64,000 nt of DNA from Amoebophrya sp. A120 (Eukaryota; Protista; Dinoflagellata): positions 1,450,392 to 1,514,391 of the forward strand of contig CAJINV010000013.1 in NCBI GenBank assembly GCA_905178155.1. Reading direction: 5' to 3'. Positions 12,042 through 25,860 of this stretch are shown one piece after another; within the stretch, counting starts at the first letter, position 1; each line of letters begins with the position of its first letter. The notes below the pieces were generated by a model. The model was not told the DNA's origin. It worked only from the letters and a program-made list of their open reading frames with translations, and did not search any database. Made by a program: the position numbers and the translations under genes.

Positions 12042-13153
12042 TTAGGGGTTTCCAGGCCACGCCATGACTTCGCAGAGATCCCCTTGTGCTTGGCACCACT
12101 CGCAACAATTCCGCAACGTGGTTTCTTTGTGGCGCATGCAGGTTTTCCTCGTGTGGCCATTTCTTTCGCACTGCACGTTGTTCTCACGACATTTGGATTG
12201 TTCTTGAGGAGAAAGGTCCCGATTGAATTGGCAGTAATCTCTTAGATCTTTAGCTTTTTCTATCAAAATGAAAAATCCTCCCTCCCCATACTTATACGGA
12301 GACTTGCGTAGCATGAGTGGTGGGCGCAGGCGAAAGCGGTACCGCTTGGAGGAAGTGGAACAGTCAGCAGCCCGAACGAATCACTAAGACTGAAGCCACG
12401 TCCACAACACCCGGGCTGAGAAAATAAAAGGGGGGCTCGGCGTGGCAACGATCTAAGATGACTACGTACAACCTTGATGAAGAAGGAGTGGAAGCCTCTT
12501 TTCAGAAGGACTTCGCAAACCTAAGAAAGCCAGCCACTGCCCCCCCCCCCCATTTCACAAACTCACGCCAGACATCAAGTACCGTCGTGACGGAGACCCC
12601 GGACACCCTCCCCAACAGCCGCATACGGAGATGGACAAGCCAGTGGGACCTTTAGACTCAGTGTAAACGGAACATGGCATGATTTATGACAATGCTAGAA
12701 AGGAAGAGATGCGGTCTGTAGTGCTGGCTAGCGTCACGTTGGATACTAGCCTCGCGCCCTTAGTATACTACAACGGGAACAAGGGACTTCTCGGAATAGC
12801 ATGACAAATAGCTGCTTGCAAACGAGACCGCAAGTGTGTCTCGTGGCCTTCTAGCAATAAATTAATTTGTGTGTTGCGCGTCACGAATTTGTTTTTGAAT
12901 ATGGGAAGGGGGGACTTTTCATCACAATATCAAAATTCCTTCCTACCTTGTCTGAATACTGACCATTTATTCGACCAGGATCAACCAATGTCGGCAAATT
13001 GATAAACGCACTTGGGCCGGCGTTTTCACTTCCCTCCCAAGCGTGTGTCGGCGCCGATTTACTTTTGTCCTTCCGTTTGATCTTGGACGCGACCCCCCCC
13101 CCCCCCAAGAGGGTGACGGTCAAGCTGGTGACCTTCGCGAACTTCGTCATCTT
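12042..13153 (-). CDS. Small putatively secreted Cys-rich protein, two exons split by a composite introner
   Basis: Exon 1 MTKFAKVTSLTVTLLGGGGVASK...; exon 2 EKAKDLRDYCQF...CCEWCQAQGDLC. They join in frame either by removing element plus 5 bp or through a GTCAGT donor (12963) and the TAG acceptor at the element end. Confidence 0.5.
12261..12929. mobile_element. Enlarged/composite introner family B (669 bp)
   Basis: Ends TATCAAAATGAAAAATCCTCCCTCCCCATA / TATGGGAAGGGGGGACTTTTCATCACAATA; 12680-12929 aligns with the 40610 copy; flanking pentamers do not match. Confidence 0.75.
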
Positions 13154-14244
13154 TGTTCTTCTTGTTGTTCTAATTCGCACGTACTTAGAAAGATTTCAGA
13201 TCTGAAGTTCCTACGAAGAAGAACAGATGTTGTTTTCTGTCTCGAGGTGCAACTGTTTACTTGTTTTTGCCTGTGTCTACAGTTCGACTAATCGGATCCC
13301 GGGGATTGTAGAGGAAGAAAAAAGTCCTGTGCCAAAATTGATACGGAACGTATTCCTTCCGTGATTTTTATTTTTTTTTTGCGACGAGTTGTGACGCCAG
13401 TGCTGTACATTCCCTATCGGTATCGTACTGTAGCCGCGAATCGCTTTATTTCTTTCACTTCGATAAAGTAGTACACGACGAACGACGAGATAGTACGAGT
13501 TGGAATGTGGGAATGTTGTTGACGAGTGAAGACTTGTCTGACTGCTTCAATGTTACCAAAACGAAATCGCTACGTTGGTTCGACCTGCAGAGGATCGCCA
13601 TGGATCACTCCATGTGGCCATAGATTGCGGCAGCTGCGGCATGTACGTTAAGGAAGAACCACGTAACTCATACCTCCATGGGAATAACTACTTACCGGCG
13701 CGATTTTTCTACTGACAACGAGTTTATGGGACGTCTAAAATCTGCGCATCCATTTTCCTTTTGAAAAGCACGACATACGACGCTGACAAACGCCAGGTTT
13801 CGACGTGGGTACGACATCACATTGGTTGATGCATCAGAACGAGGTGAACGACCCGCTACGCTACCGTAGTTGTATAGTGAAATAAGGAAAAATTCTAACG
13901 AAACCCGCTATCGAGACGTCGGTTCCTTCTCACGAAAATCAACAACACAGCCCAACGATTTCGACATAAAGTCATCAACGAGGCATCACTCCCGAGCGAG
14001 GATATTTACTTACAACATTATATACGTTTATTACGATCGACCGGTAGCATGAACATCGATGGCATATCATGTCGCGTCCGAGACAGCGACATTCAAGCCC
14101 GAACAGAGAAGAATCGACGTCAGCGTGATTTATACAAAAAACTGCAGTGATGGCTATGCTGGTCCTTAGTCGTTCCCTAATGACTTTGCGACGTCTAACT
14201 ACATGACAATTGAAAATATCTCCAAAATAAAGGCAACACGCTGC

Positions 14245-14832
14245 TGGCCCTCCATTTCTCGGAATGGCGTCGCATCTCCACACGCCGCTACAGCAAGATC
14301 AAGCCAGCCACAATCGGGATTTACAGCTAGTACAGGTCTGTGTGGACGCTTCCTTTAGAATCAAAAACTTCCTCAAAACAACTGAGTAGATAAACGCCAG
14401 AAAAAACAACACTGGATCGTCTCCGCCTCTCGGGGTGACATCGCTCACGCTGTGCTGCTAGAGAAAGATCTGGCCACGACAACCACAAGTAAGTTTCAGT
14501 TTGAGGATCCACAGCAAGGACAGGCCTGAAGAAGCGCTTTCGCTTTGGACTTGGAGGCGAAAGAACCTTGCATGACTAACCACTGACTTGTTTTCGTAAA
14601 TCTGATCCAGTTCCGACGCGTTCAAGAGATTCAGTGACTTCGGAGGTTCATGGAACACCCGGTGTGGCAGCTCTTGTTGCCGCTGTCTTTGTTTCACCAC
14701 TACTTCTGCTATATACGATTAATCGTTGTTGATGCGCATGAATAGGTCGTTTCGAGGAGCACTTTCAATAGCAACAAGCTACTTTTGGTATTCCAAAAGG
14801 GAGCTAGAGGTCTATCCTCAATAGAAGCGGAA
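14245..14832. repeat. Dispersed duplicated segment, copy 2 (with a diverged internal duplication)
   Basis: Homologous to 9385-9800; 14245-14345 and about 14415-14520 resemble each other. Confidence 0.8.
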
Positions 14833-15451
14833 AGGCAGCTTCAGTCTGCCGAGGCGCCCCATGAACCTGCGGCATTTCTTCTTTTTACACTTCTATGAGG
14901 GTTGTTTTTGTCGCTTCTGAGTTTTGTCTAAATGTCGTACGTTGTTTCTCTTTACCGCGGCGCCGGTGCGATAAAGTATCAAGGTGGAACATTAGATTAG
15001 CTGCTCCGACATCAAACAAGCAAATCAATGTACCGATCGAACCCGGCGAACAATTAATACGCGGGCTTGTACTCAAGTGTTATATTAAGAAAGGTGGTCG
15101 CTATATGTATTTACACATAGTGCAACGCAAGTCGTAGCTTATCCGATAAAATCTTGCACCTGTGTGCGAAAAATATCTCGATTTTTTGTACTGCGTGATT
15201 GTAGAAATAGAAAATTCTGTGTACTTCAAAAAAGTTTCATTGAAAAATTCGATGTGCGTGCTCTTCACGAAAATGAAAATCTTGCTCTTGTTCTTGAATG
15301 TTGATGATGATTTACTTACTGGTCGCTTTGTTAGCGCTTTTTGAGTCCGTCGATAGTTCAACCAGTCAAAACTTCTGTCGGAACTTCAAGACGGTACCTA
15401 CTAGGGAGAATTTTTGGGACGTTGACTTCTACGAAAATTCGCGCGGTTGTA

Positions 15452-18400
15452 TCAGGGAGTTTCGGGATCCTGTTTTCGTGGGAGCTTGGGCGGCGTGCCG
15501 GAACCTTGGTTGCTTCTACTGCCGCTGCCGGAGGAACTGCCGTAGCTGTACCAACCCTCCCACTCCTCGTTCTGACTTTGCGTCCAGTTTTGTCCGCCAC
15601 TGGAATAGCTGCTTGAGGAAGAGCTTTTCTTTTCCCCACTCTGCGACGGGCTGCTGCGACTGCTGCTGCTGCCGTCCCAGGGGACATCCGACTTGTGACG
15701 ACTTTCGAACCACTTTTTCATCTCTTCCCCCATTTCTCCAGCAGTTTCAAAATACTCCCGCCACTGTGTGTCGGTGTACCCTCCTGCACCCCCGTATTTC
15801 TCGTACTCCGGACCCCACTGCTTTCTCCAGTTGTCGCTGCCTGAGTCTTGTTTCTTGCTACTGCCGCTTGTAGTTGTACCACCTCCGACCGCCGCCATGA
15901 GTTCCCCCAGCGCTTCGTCGGAGTCCGGCGAGTCTGGACTCGGTTCGCGCTTTTTGCTGGCCTGCGCCGCCTATGCATTGCAAAAGTACGAAGATCCCAC
16001 TAGTAGTACAAATCGCATGACAAATTCATTTTATATTTTGCACGGAAGAATAAAGTTGCAAACTATACACTTGTCTCATGTTGGTCATGCGGAGTCGAGT
16101 AGGAAAGCGGATCTGTGAAGAGGCATCATTGCAATGAGTACAGCGAGATGTTCGATAAGTAAGTACTTTTGCATTGGATACCGCCAGCGCGTCGTCGTCT
16201 GGATCGTGAAAGCCAGTTTCCTCGTCGGCCTCGTCGCCCACCTCCAGCACGTCTTCGATTCGCATAAGTTCTGACTTCGGCGAAGCCTTCTCGTGCTTGT
16301 CGGGGTGCTCCCAGTTGTTTTCGCCCGCTTTCTCGAAAATCTTCCACGACAACGTCTGCGGGTTCTCCCTGTCGTGCGATCGAGAAACAAACGTGACTTG
16401 AGAATTTTTTGATAAGAATGAGTCGAAGAAAGTGAAAAACCATGGGAGACAACAGACCCTCAAGTGACCATTTCCTCAGCTGCGCTGCAGGCGCGCCTCG
16501 ACGCCGAGAAAATCCTAGTTCCGCGGTGAATCTTGGTTGAGCACAACGAAAAAGATAGGGACACACAATGGAATATCTTTGAGGATGAGCGAAAATATAA
16601 CGCACAGCGAAATAGAAGGTCAGTAAGCAGTACCTTCCGGGCTTGCAGTCGCGACAGAGCCACGTCTCCCACATGTAGCTGCTATAGAGCTTGTTCAGCT
16701 TTAGAGCGTCTGCGTCCTTGCTTGTTGTCCACCACATATGACCTGGTGTGATAATTGATAATCTTCCTATTTTTTTTACTCGAGATGTTGAGCCTTGCTG
16801 CAGTCGAGCCAGGTGAAGAAGACTTTAATCGTGCTGCACACCATTCGACGTGGCGATTCATTTTGATTTTTCCACTTGTCACTGCAACTTCGACATAAAC
16901 ACTGACATCACAACCAGAGGAGTCGCAGTCTCGTCATCACCTTGCTTCTAGTTCAACATTAGAGGCAGGTTGTTAGTTATTCTAGGAGTTGTGAGTGTGT
17001 AGTTTAGTTCTTGTACCTGGTGGCATCAGATCCCGTGCGGTTCTGGTGATTTTTTTGCCGCAGTTTCCGCACCAGTTGGCCAGCATGGGGTATCTCTGGT
17101 ACTCTTCGCGATTCGTGTTGGGATTCATCCGGTACCAGTCCTGCTTGCACTGGAGATTCGCCACCTTGTGTATGTCCACCGCTATTCTGTACGGGTGCAC
17201 GTGCTCCAGCTCCTCGATCAGTTCGTACCTTCTGGCACTTTTTGGATCCATGTCTTTTGTCGACACGGCGGGACATCTCTGGGTGAAAGTGACATTTCTC
17301 GACAAATGCTTTTCCAGCTTTCGGCGGGCTTCGATCAAAGGAGCGTCAGGCTCGGCAGGAAAGACCTGGGGTGCACCATAAGTTATTTGATGTACGAGAT
17401 TGAGACTCTGATGCATGTATATTCATATGAGGTTGAAGACGGTGATAAAATTGCAGTCTTTGTTTAAAGTAGCAGACAGAGGCACTAAATCAAGATTTTT
17501 TATTTGGAATACATAAAAACTACGCAAGGGTACAACCATGACGACTAAAAAGCTGCAAAATTCAAATATCGTTTCTACCGATTCTGGCAGATCCGACATG
17601 AGGAAAGACACCGCTTCGCCGATGTGCGTGTGGTGGTTTTTGAACTGCACGCTTTCGAAGGTGAACACCACCGGGGAGAGGCGGTTGCTGGATAGCGGGT
17701 CGGGTCCGTACGCTTTCGATCTGCGTCTTTTGTGCAGCACCATGCGCATCAGAATCTCGGCGAGGTTGTCCAGCGTCGTGTCTCCGCGCACGAACGCCTC
17801 GGAGCGCACGTCCCTTGCTGTCTGGCAGTGCACGGAGGACAGAATGTAGTTCGTGGGCAAAAACTTGCCGTAGTCGTGGTTTCGCGTGTCGTCGATCTCC
17901 GCGGCAAAAGTACTAGACGATGAAGAGGACGCTGGAATTACAACATTATCAGCCGCGCTGCCGGTAGCCGCACCATTTGTCGTGGTCGCGTTGAATTCGC
18001 TATCATTCCGTCTTCTTCGCTGATGCCTGTCCGCGAACAGTTTCAGGTCTTGGTCTTCTCCGCCGTCCTCGCTGAGCAATGCGTAGCCGGAGCTCGCAGC
18101 AAGCTCGTCGTCGCCGTCGAAATCAGTTTCGCTTTCTGACTGCGCGTCATCTCCTGCACCCGTGATTTGCTGCCAGGCCTTGCTTTTCCTGTTTTTTTCT
18201 TCTTTTTTCGCGATGATTTCGTCCGCTTCGGCGTGCATATTTTGCAGATATTTCTTCCAATCTTCATCCTTAGTCATAGCCGCAATCTTCTTTACCTCGT
18301 CATCCATAGTGGGCTCGCCGCGCAACGCACGGATGACTCCACCCGATTTGGCTTTTTCTACATTCTTGCCGGACGGTGGTAGATGATCGGGAGCTCCTGC

Positions 18401-21400
18401 GACCTTGTCGAAATCATCAGGCAGCTCGTATTCATCGTCGCCTGCTACCATCTGTATCATCCGGTAACGCTTGCTGTCCGGCTCCGAAAGCGAATCGTCC
18501 TCGTCGTCCTCCTCTTTTCGCTTGGGCGAGGAAGTTTTTTTCGGCTGGTTCAAGATCGACTTCGGCGTCTTGCTCACGGGGGGCGTTAAAGATATATTTG
18601 GCGGCGTCGCGGACGGATTTATTACTTCCTCTTCTTGATCCTCATCGCCAAAAATATTCTCCTCGTCAGAAGAAGGTGAAAGTTCGTCGCGGAAAACAGG
18701 GCCGGGCTTGATCTTGTCCCTGGGATACCTTCCCGTCCGCAGCATCTCCTTCGTGAGCCAGAGCTCCGGCTCCTTGCCACCGCATTCGTTCTGCACATAT
18801 TCGTCGTACTCCTTTTCGATGGAGAGGAGAAACCGCTCATACGGGTCGTCTTCTTCGGAATCGGAGTCGCTCGAACTGTCCTCGTCTGCTGCCGCGTCAC
18901 TGGATGCCGCGGACTCATCCACTGGTGAAACAGGTGATACTGCTGTAGTTGTAGCATTATTTAAAGCCAACTGCTGCCGTCTCGAGGTGGAAGGGGGTTT
19001 GCAGGATGGCAAGAGATTCTTCGCTGGCAACATCAGGTCATTTTCGTAGTAGTACGCATGCCAATACTTTCGTTTGTCCATCAGCCGCCTGGTAAATCTC
19101 CGCTGCACATGCAGCGTTTTCTCACTCAGGAGGGCCGCTGCACTACTTTGTTGCTCTGCGTTTGGACTGCTGGCCGCAACCTTTGCCGCGTGCTGCAAGT
19201 CCGGGGCGTTCGCAAAAATTTTCATCCGAGCGGCCTCAACTTCTTCTTCGCTCAACTTGGCCTTTTTCTTTTTGATCAAGTACAGCCGCATCTTCTTCCA
19301 CGCCTTCTCTTCCGCCTTGAAGGCCCCCGGATACGCCTGAAAGTAAGCGGATTTTTCCTTTTCCTCGCTTGCTTGCTCCAGCAGCTGCTTCTCTTTTTCC
19401 GCTTTTTTCTCCGTGTCGTAGAAAGGAACCAAAATGTCGATCCAGGGCAGCGTGGACGGGTGCGGCTGCTTTTCGGCCCAATACCTGTCCTCGTCCGCAG
19501 CCGAGCCGTCGTCTTCGGGTGCGTCGTTGCTCTCGACCACTTGCAGCAACTCGGAAATGATCGAGTTCGCTCGGAAATCGACGCTGTTGGTCGTGTCGTA
19601 GGTGTCCAGCGGGCTCGCGCAGAACCGATCGAAAAACTCCGGGCGAAAAGTGAGGTCGACGCCCATCTTCAGCAGCATGGTCTCCACGGACTCGCGCTCG
19701 AGCCGCGTCCGATCATTCACTAGGGCCTTTCTGGCCTCTCGGACCTGTGGGTTGTAACAGCCGTCAAACGGACCGCCGCGACGAGCCGCCACTGCAACAG
19801 CAGCTGAAGTTGTATTTCTACTAGAACCTGCCTCGTCAACATCAGCATCTTCCTCGTCTCCATCATCTTGTGTTCTGTCGTGAAGCGCCAGGGGGTGATA
19901 TCCTTGAGCAGTCGCGAGCGTCGATTTCCTGTCCTGCGCCGCCTCATTTCTCAAAACGTTCCGAGCTGCGTGCGATTTGCTGCCGAACTTGGTAAGCAGC
20001 TCTTCCTCCGAAATCATCGTGAAGCCTTCCACTTCGTCCCTCGCTGTCGTGCTATCACTGCCTCCGTCCATAGCGATGTCAGCATCAGAAAAACACGCCC
20101 CCTCTGGTATCACATACTCGTCGTCGTCGCTTGATGAGTCACCAGTCACAGGCTGTCCAGTCGTGTTTCCTGACTTAGCTGCGAGGCCGGCCACGTCCTT
20201 TTTTGGTCTTGGCGACGATCCCTTTCTGCTCTTGTTTTTGGAAGAGCCATCCAGTGCAGGAGCCTCTTCTTCGGCCACCTTGCCTTCGAAAACTTTGTTC
20301 AACGCGGCCGAAATCTCGTCTTCGGGCACGACTTTCTCCGACCCCGTGATCCACTCCAGCGTCGGGAAGAACTCACTATCTTCTTCCTGCAGAAACAACT
20401 CCGGGAAATTCCAGTCCACTAGATGCGCCTCGAACAAGTCCCGCGTTAGCGGCTCCAGCCTTCGCTCCGCGACACGCTGGATCAGTTGTGATTGCATTTT
20501 GTCCATGCGCTCCGCCTCTGCTGCCTTCTTATGCTGCTTCATAGCGGTTAGGACCGGAACGGACTCCTGGAGAAAAAACGCGCAATTTTTTTGCTCCCGT
20601 TTCTTTCGCTTGAGCCTAATGTTTTTCCTCACCTCTGGGTCACCGTCATCGCTGTTTTCGTCGCTGCCTTCCGTTGTACACAGCTCAGCCGGAATGTTTC
20701 TTTCCTCTTTCACCGTGTTTAGCTTCAGGTCCACAGCGATCACCTCTTGGTTGTGCTTGATTCCCCTGACATCGTCCCCAGAATCATAGAACTCCGTAGA
20801 ATCCGACTCGTCAGCGAACAAAAGCTCAGACCTGCCTGCTTTTCCTTGTGGTACCTCCAAGCGCTTTGCAAGTTCTCGCTTTCTCGCTTCTTTCACGAAA
20901 ATCTCTTTCAGCTCTTGGATCTGCTCAGCTGTCACGTCAGCGACGTCGCGGCCTGCGTCCATCGCGATCTTCTGGGCCAAAAGTTGCTCCGTGCAGGCGA
21001 TGACCCGCGCACTTTTCTCCGTCTTTGTGAGCCTGGGATTCTTATCAAAGAACTTCACCAACAAATCCAATTGCTCCGCTGCATAGTGGCAAAGATCCAC
21101 GGGCGTGCTGATCAATTTCGCATCTAATAGCGCTGCCGGGGACATCTTCTCTTCCTTTGCGAATCTGTCGAAAACCCTCTTGCTTTGACTTACGTATTTT
21201 TCACATTCGCGGTCGGCGCGCTTGATTTGTTCCGGATCCGCAGTTGAGGCCGTCGCCGTGGCTCCACTAGAGGCGTGTTTCGCGAGTCTTTCCTTCTCGT
21301 GCTTATCCTTCTCTTTATCATAGTCGCTGTTGGAGGGTATCATCAGCTGGAGAAAGCAGCACGCACGAATCAGGTCGCTCTCGCAGTCTTTGCTGGACTG

Positions 21401-24400
21401 TAGAGGCGCTGCATCGATGTCACGGATGGTCTTCAAAGACTGCAGCAAATTCTTCTCATCTTCTCGCGAAAATTCTTTCGGCCAGGTGACGCTCGCACGC
21501 TGCTTCTTAGGTGGGTCTACGAGGCTGTAGGGTTGCCTGGCAGCATTTGCCGGGTCCAGCAAGTCAAAGACGTCATCAAATTCCGGAAACGGCATGTCTG
21601 GGCGGTTGGTGGTGGCGTACCGTGTCGTCAGTGACAATTTTGGCACGTTGTCGTCGCTTTTATCCAAATCGCTTGCTTGGTTCTTTACCAAACCTTTCTC
21701 CCTCGCTTCTCGGATCTCCTTCTGCATCGTCGCCTCATCGGGGGCAGCTTCGATTGTGGGCAACCCCGTTTCCGGACAGATCTTCGCCGCTGGCTCCTCC
21801 CGACCCATCTGCAAGGCTTCCCGCGCATCCAGCCACTCAGCAAGGAGCGGAAGCTTGGATTGTTCGCATGCTTCCTCCCCGAGCACCGCCGCGGTTTTCC
21901 ACTTTGCGTCCCAGTGCCGGAAGAAGTTCTCCATGCCCTGCACCAGGGCCATGTCCGTCTCGATTTCCTTGTCCTCCTCCGGTTTTTTCTTGGCGAACTT
22001 TTCAGTCTCCTCTTTGGCAATCGGCAAGGCTCCGCCCCCCGCGTCCGCGCCCAACTGCCGGTCGATGGTGTCGATCTTCTCGCCGAGTTCGCCGAACTGC
22101 CGTCGTTGCGCCCACTTTCGGAAGGGAAGCGACAGGTTTGCGTAGTCCCCGTCGACATCCAGGTCCGGGTCGAAGTCGTCAGCGTAGAGGTCTTCGTCGT
22201 CGCTCTGCGGCTCCCGCCCGTCCAGCTCGTCGTTCGCGTCGTAGCAATGCAGCAGTTCGACGAAGTCCAAAACCTCGTGCTGCTCGGAATCTTCCAGGTC
22301 CACGTCGCTGCTGTCCGAGCTGCTATCCGAGCTGGAGGAGGAGGTCGAGGAATCACTACTCTTCTCGTCTGAGTCCGCCTTGATTGTCGTACGCCCCTCG
22401 GCTTTTTGCAGCTTCCTTTCCGATTTGTCTTGTTTTTTGTTTTTCTTCAGTTTGTGTTCTTCCCTCTTACGTATTCTCTCCGCCTCCGCCTCGGGGTTCG
22501 CCTCTTTTTCCTCTTCTCTCTTCTTCTTTTTTCTTTCTTCCCACTCCTCGTATGTTATCTCTTCGCCCGCAAGAATTTTGTAGGCAACCTCCACTTCCGG
22601 CGCCTTTTCCCATCCATTCTCTGCGATGAACTTCTCAGCCGAGACTTTGTCGTCCTTTAGCATCTCGGTAAATAGATGATACGCAACCTTTGTCGGCTTA
22701 CGTGCTGTCCCGTCCTTGTGAGGGGGCCCGTGGAAGTTGCGAGTGCATCCGTTAGCGCTTATCGCGAAGGACCACCCTGCAGGGAAGAAAATATGGAATT
22801 CAAAAACTCGGGCTTACATTCTTGCAGGAGAGGAGCAGAAGTAATTGGCTCTAGGTCCTCGTAGTTGGGGACACACAAGCATGTTTTTCCACGAACATGG
22901 ATGATACTTGTGCGGGTTGCAAGGACATTAGTCACAGAGCAAGACCCGTCTGTCCCGCAACACATGGGAAAATGCAAATCCAAATCAGGAACAGCCGGGC
23001 ACACACCACTCTGCCCTGGTTGGCAGGTCAAGTGAGATTTCAGAGCTGCAGCGAACGACAACAACGCAAATGCTATACGCAACATGGAAGTTGTAACCAT
23101 GTTTGCACAACTTTTGTCTGCTTTTAGATCCCAACTCCTGCACTGCTTGCCAAAGTGTTCGGATGATAATTGTTGATGTGCTGCCAATTGAATGTGGTTG
23201 GTTTGGGCAAGCGTGTGTTCATAACCTTCATTCCCTTGCCTTTTTCCTTTTTTTCCCTGGTCCCTGGCTTCGCCCGATTTTCTTTGATTCTATTTGGGTC
23301 CTTCATTCTTTCGTGGTACCACATTCGCTTGCCCTCGAAGATTGCTTTCGCTTCGCGGATCTCCTTGAAATTTTCACACTGATGCTCCTTCACAAACTGG
23401 TCGAACTCTTTTCGCTGATATGTCATCATAGCTGCAAAGGCGTCGCCACGGGTCATGTATTTGCCTGTCGAAGTTTCATATTTCGTTCATGAAAGTAGAA
23501 TTTGGCTTTCGCTTTGGCATTCGAATTCTATTTGTCGTGCTTGCACCAGCACCTTGCTTGCGGAAATGAAAGCGACCAAGAACAAGTAGATCGTCTATAA
23601 ACGCACAGTATCTTCTTCTAATATATAAATAGTAAATCTCAACACTGGGTACAACTTGGAGCATCACATCTATTCATCTTCAATCAAGTACCTTCATATT
23701 TCCAATTTTGTGCTCCGGGTCCTTCGTAGCAGAATCTTGGATTCGCTTTCAAATACACCCAGCCGGGAGGCATCGCCCAAAGGTCGGGCACCACAGTGCC
23801 TTTGAACTTCAGATTGTTCCAATCTATGGTTCCATCGGCTTTCCGGAGCACTTCTTCTCCATATTCATTTGTTTCCGGCGGTGAGGACGAAGGCGATCCC
23901 ACCGGCTTTTTGTCGTCGGAAGATTTCCCGGTTGCAGCAGCGCCCGCAGTCGCAGACGAGGAGGAGGATGCAGGTACCGGCTTGCCTTTGCCGGTCATCT
24001 TGTTTCCTGCGGTGGAGGAGGAGGAGGACGACGGCGCGGCGGGCTCCTGGTTGCTTTTCGAAAGGACATTCTTGTCCAAGGCTGGCTTGCTGCTCGTTGC
24101 GGTGACGGTTGCAGAACCTGACGCCGAAGCAGCCGCCGAGGCAGAGGCTTTATTTTCCGGAGGCGGGGGGGAAGGCTTGCGTGCAGTAGTTGCGTTCTTC
24201 GCATCTTGCTTGCTGGATGCCTGATCAGAGGATGAAGCGGAAGCTGTGCCAGTTTTTGACGGCTTCTTGTCCTTCGCCTTGTCATCCTCGCTGGAGGAAT
24301 CGCTCGACGACGAGTCGCTCGAGTTACTACTGTTGGACGAGCTACTGGACGTGCCCTTCTTGTTGCTGGTGCCTTTGCTCGAGGTTTGCTTTGTTGAGCC

Positions 24401-25860
24401 AGCCGCCTTACTCTTTTTCTCGTTGTTTCCGCGCCCTCCTGGTTTCTTGCTTTCGTACGTCCAGTAGTCGTCTTCCTCGCCCTTCAGAATCTTGTAGGCC
24501 AGCGCTACTTCTTTCACGCCGTCGAAGCCGTTTTCCTTCAAAAACTTTTCTGTCTTGGCTCGGTTGTGCTGTAGCATATCCGCGATAAACTGGTAGCTCG
24601 ATGGGTGCCTCCTTCTGTCCTTGCCGTCGGGCTCGGTAGGGTGCCCTAAGTGAATTTTAGTTGCAGTTGCTGGTAGAAGTTCAGTTGTCAACAGGATGCA
24701 GAAAAATCAGCTTTAAATCTGGGTTTGATGCTCTGTTTCGAAAGTTATGCAACATGTCTAGTGCATAATCGTAGACAAACTGAAACTATGTGTATGTGAA
24801 ATTCTTCCACCGGGGACGAACTGAGATACAGAACGGATGCTGCTTGTTGATCATGATGTTCAAGATTGTCATACCTTTGTACGGTGGTCCCTCGAAGATC
24901 TGCGATGAGGTTGTTTTCACAAATTTGAAGCCGTCAAAGAGCTTCTCGTTCTGGTATATCCAGTTGAATTTGGTCGCAGGTGGTTGAATGCGACGGGTGT
25001 CTACTTTTTTTTTCTCTTTTGGCTCCTTGGCTTTCGCCTCCCCAGGTTTTGCCCGAACGTTCTTTACCTGAAAGGAGAAGATCAATCGCAATGACCACGA
25101 TTTTTGAAAGGCGACCCTGCGCGGACTTTCCTTGAAGAAAAAAAAACTTTACAAAATTCAACCTCAGTTGCGTTTGCGTTTCTAGAAAAGCACAGGAAAG
25201 ACAAAAAAACCTTCGTTTTGTCAGCTTGTCGCTCTTTGAACCAAGGACGCAGCCCAGCTGCGACCACCTCCGCCTCCTGGATTTCCTTGTGGTTTTCCGC
25301 TTTGTGCAGCTTAACATAGGTCCTGTACTGTTCCAGCTGGTAGAGCTTCATGGCCGCATAGGCATCAGCCTTCGTTATATATTTCCCTGTAAATAAGGTA
25401 GTCGTGGATTTCGTGGATTTTATTCTTGCCGGGTCCCACCAGTCTTTTTGTTGTATATGTAATACATTGGAGGACGACGACGACGTCACTACAGAGAGGC
25501 AATTCATATCCGGGCGTGGTTTGTCATTCTCAATTTCACGCTTTTCCTCTACAATAAATAAATTGGTATCACCAAACTGAAACCAATCAAATTATTCAAT
25601 ATGGATGAACCGCAACAACGGAATGCAGAGCAATGATGCTGTCAGAGAGGTCGTGTCGGGTTCTTGGTCGGCTACTTAAAGCTAAAGCACGTAGCCTATC
25701 AAAGTTAAACTCCTTGTTTTACCAAGACACACTTAAGTCTTATTCTTTTCATAAAAAACTATGTACCTTGATATTTCCACTTCTCGTGCCCTGGTCCTTC
25801 GTAGCAATACTTGGGGTTGTGCACCTTCTCCACCCAGCCTTTGGGCATCGGCCAGACCTG
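15452..25860 (-). CDS. Very large multi-exon acidic/low-complexity protein with N-terminal tandem copies of an unnamed ~75-aa domain and C-terminal Cys-x2-Cys motifs
   Basis: 1746-aa ORF 17423-22663. Upstream exons join through GT-AG introns (KYQG|GKYIT, PYKG|HPTEP, KYEG|GKYMT). Downstream exons include WCGNCG (16982-17416), WLCRDC and the terminal ORF 15452-15898. The 5' end and some junctions are uncertain. Confidence 0.6.

Noticed and set aside
17384-17568. Short inverted repeat TATTTGA/TCAAATA at the end of the 1746-aa ORF
   Set aside because: No direct repeat and no in-frame join; a canonical ATG|GTTGTA...CCCCAG|GTC junction explains the exon link.
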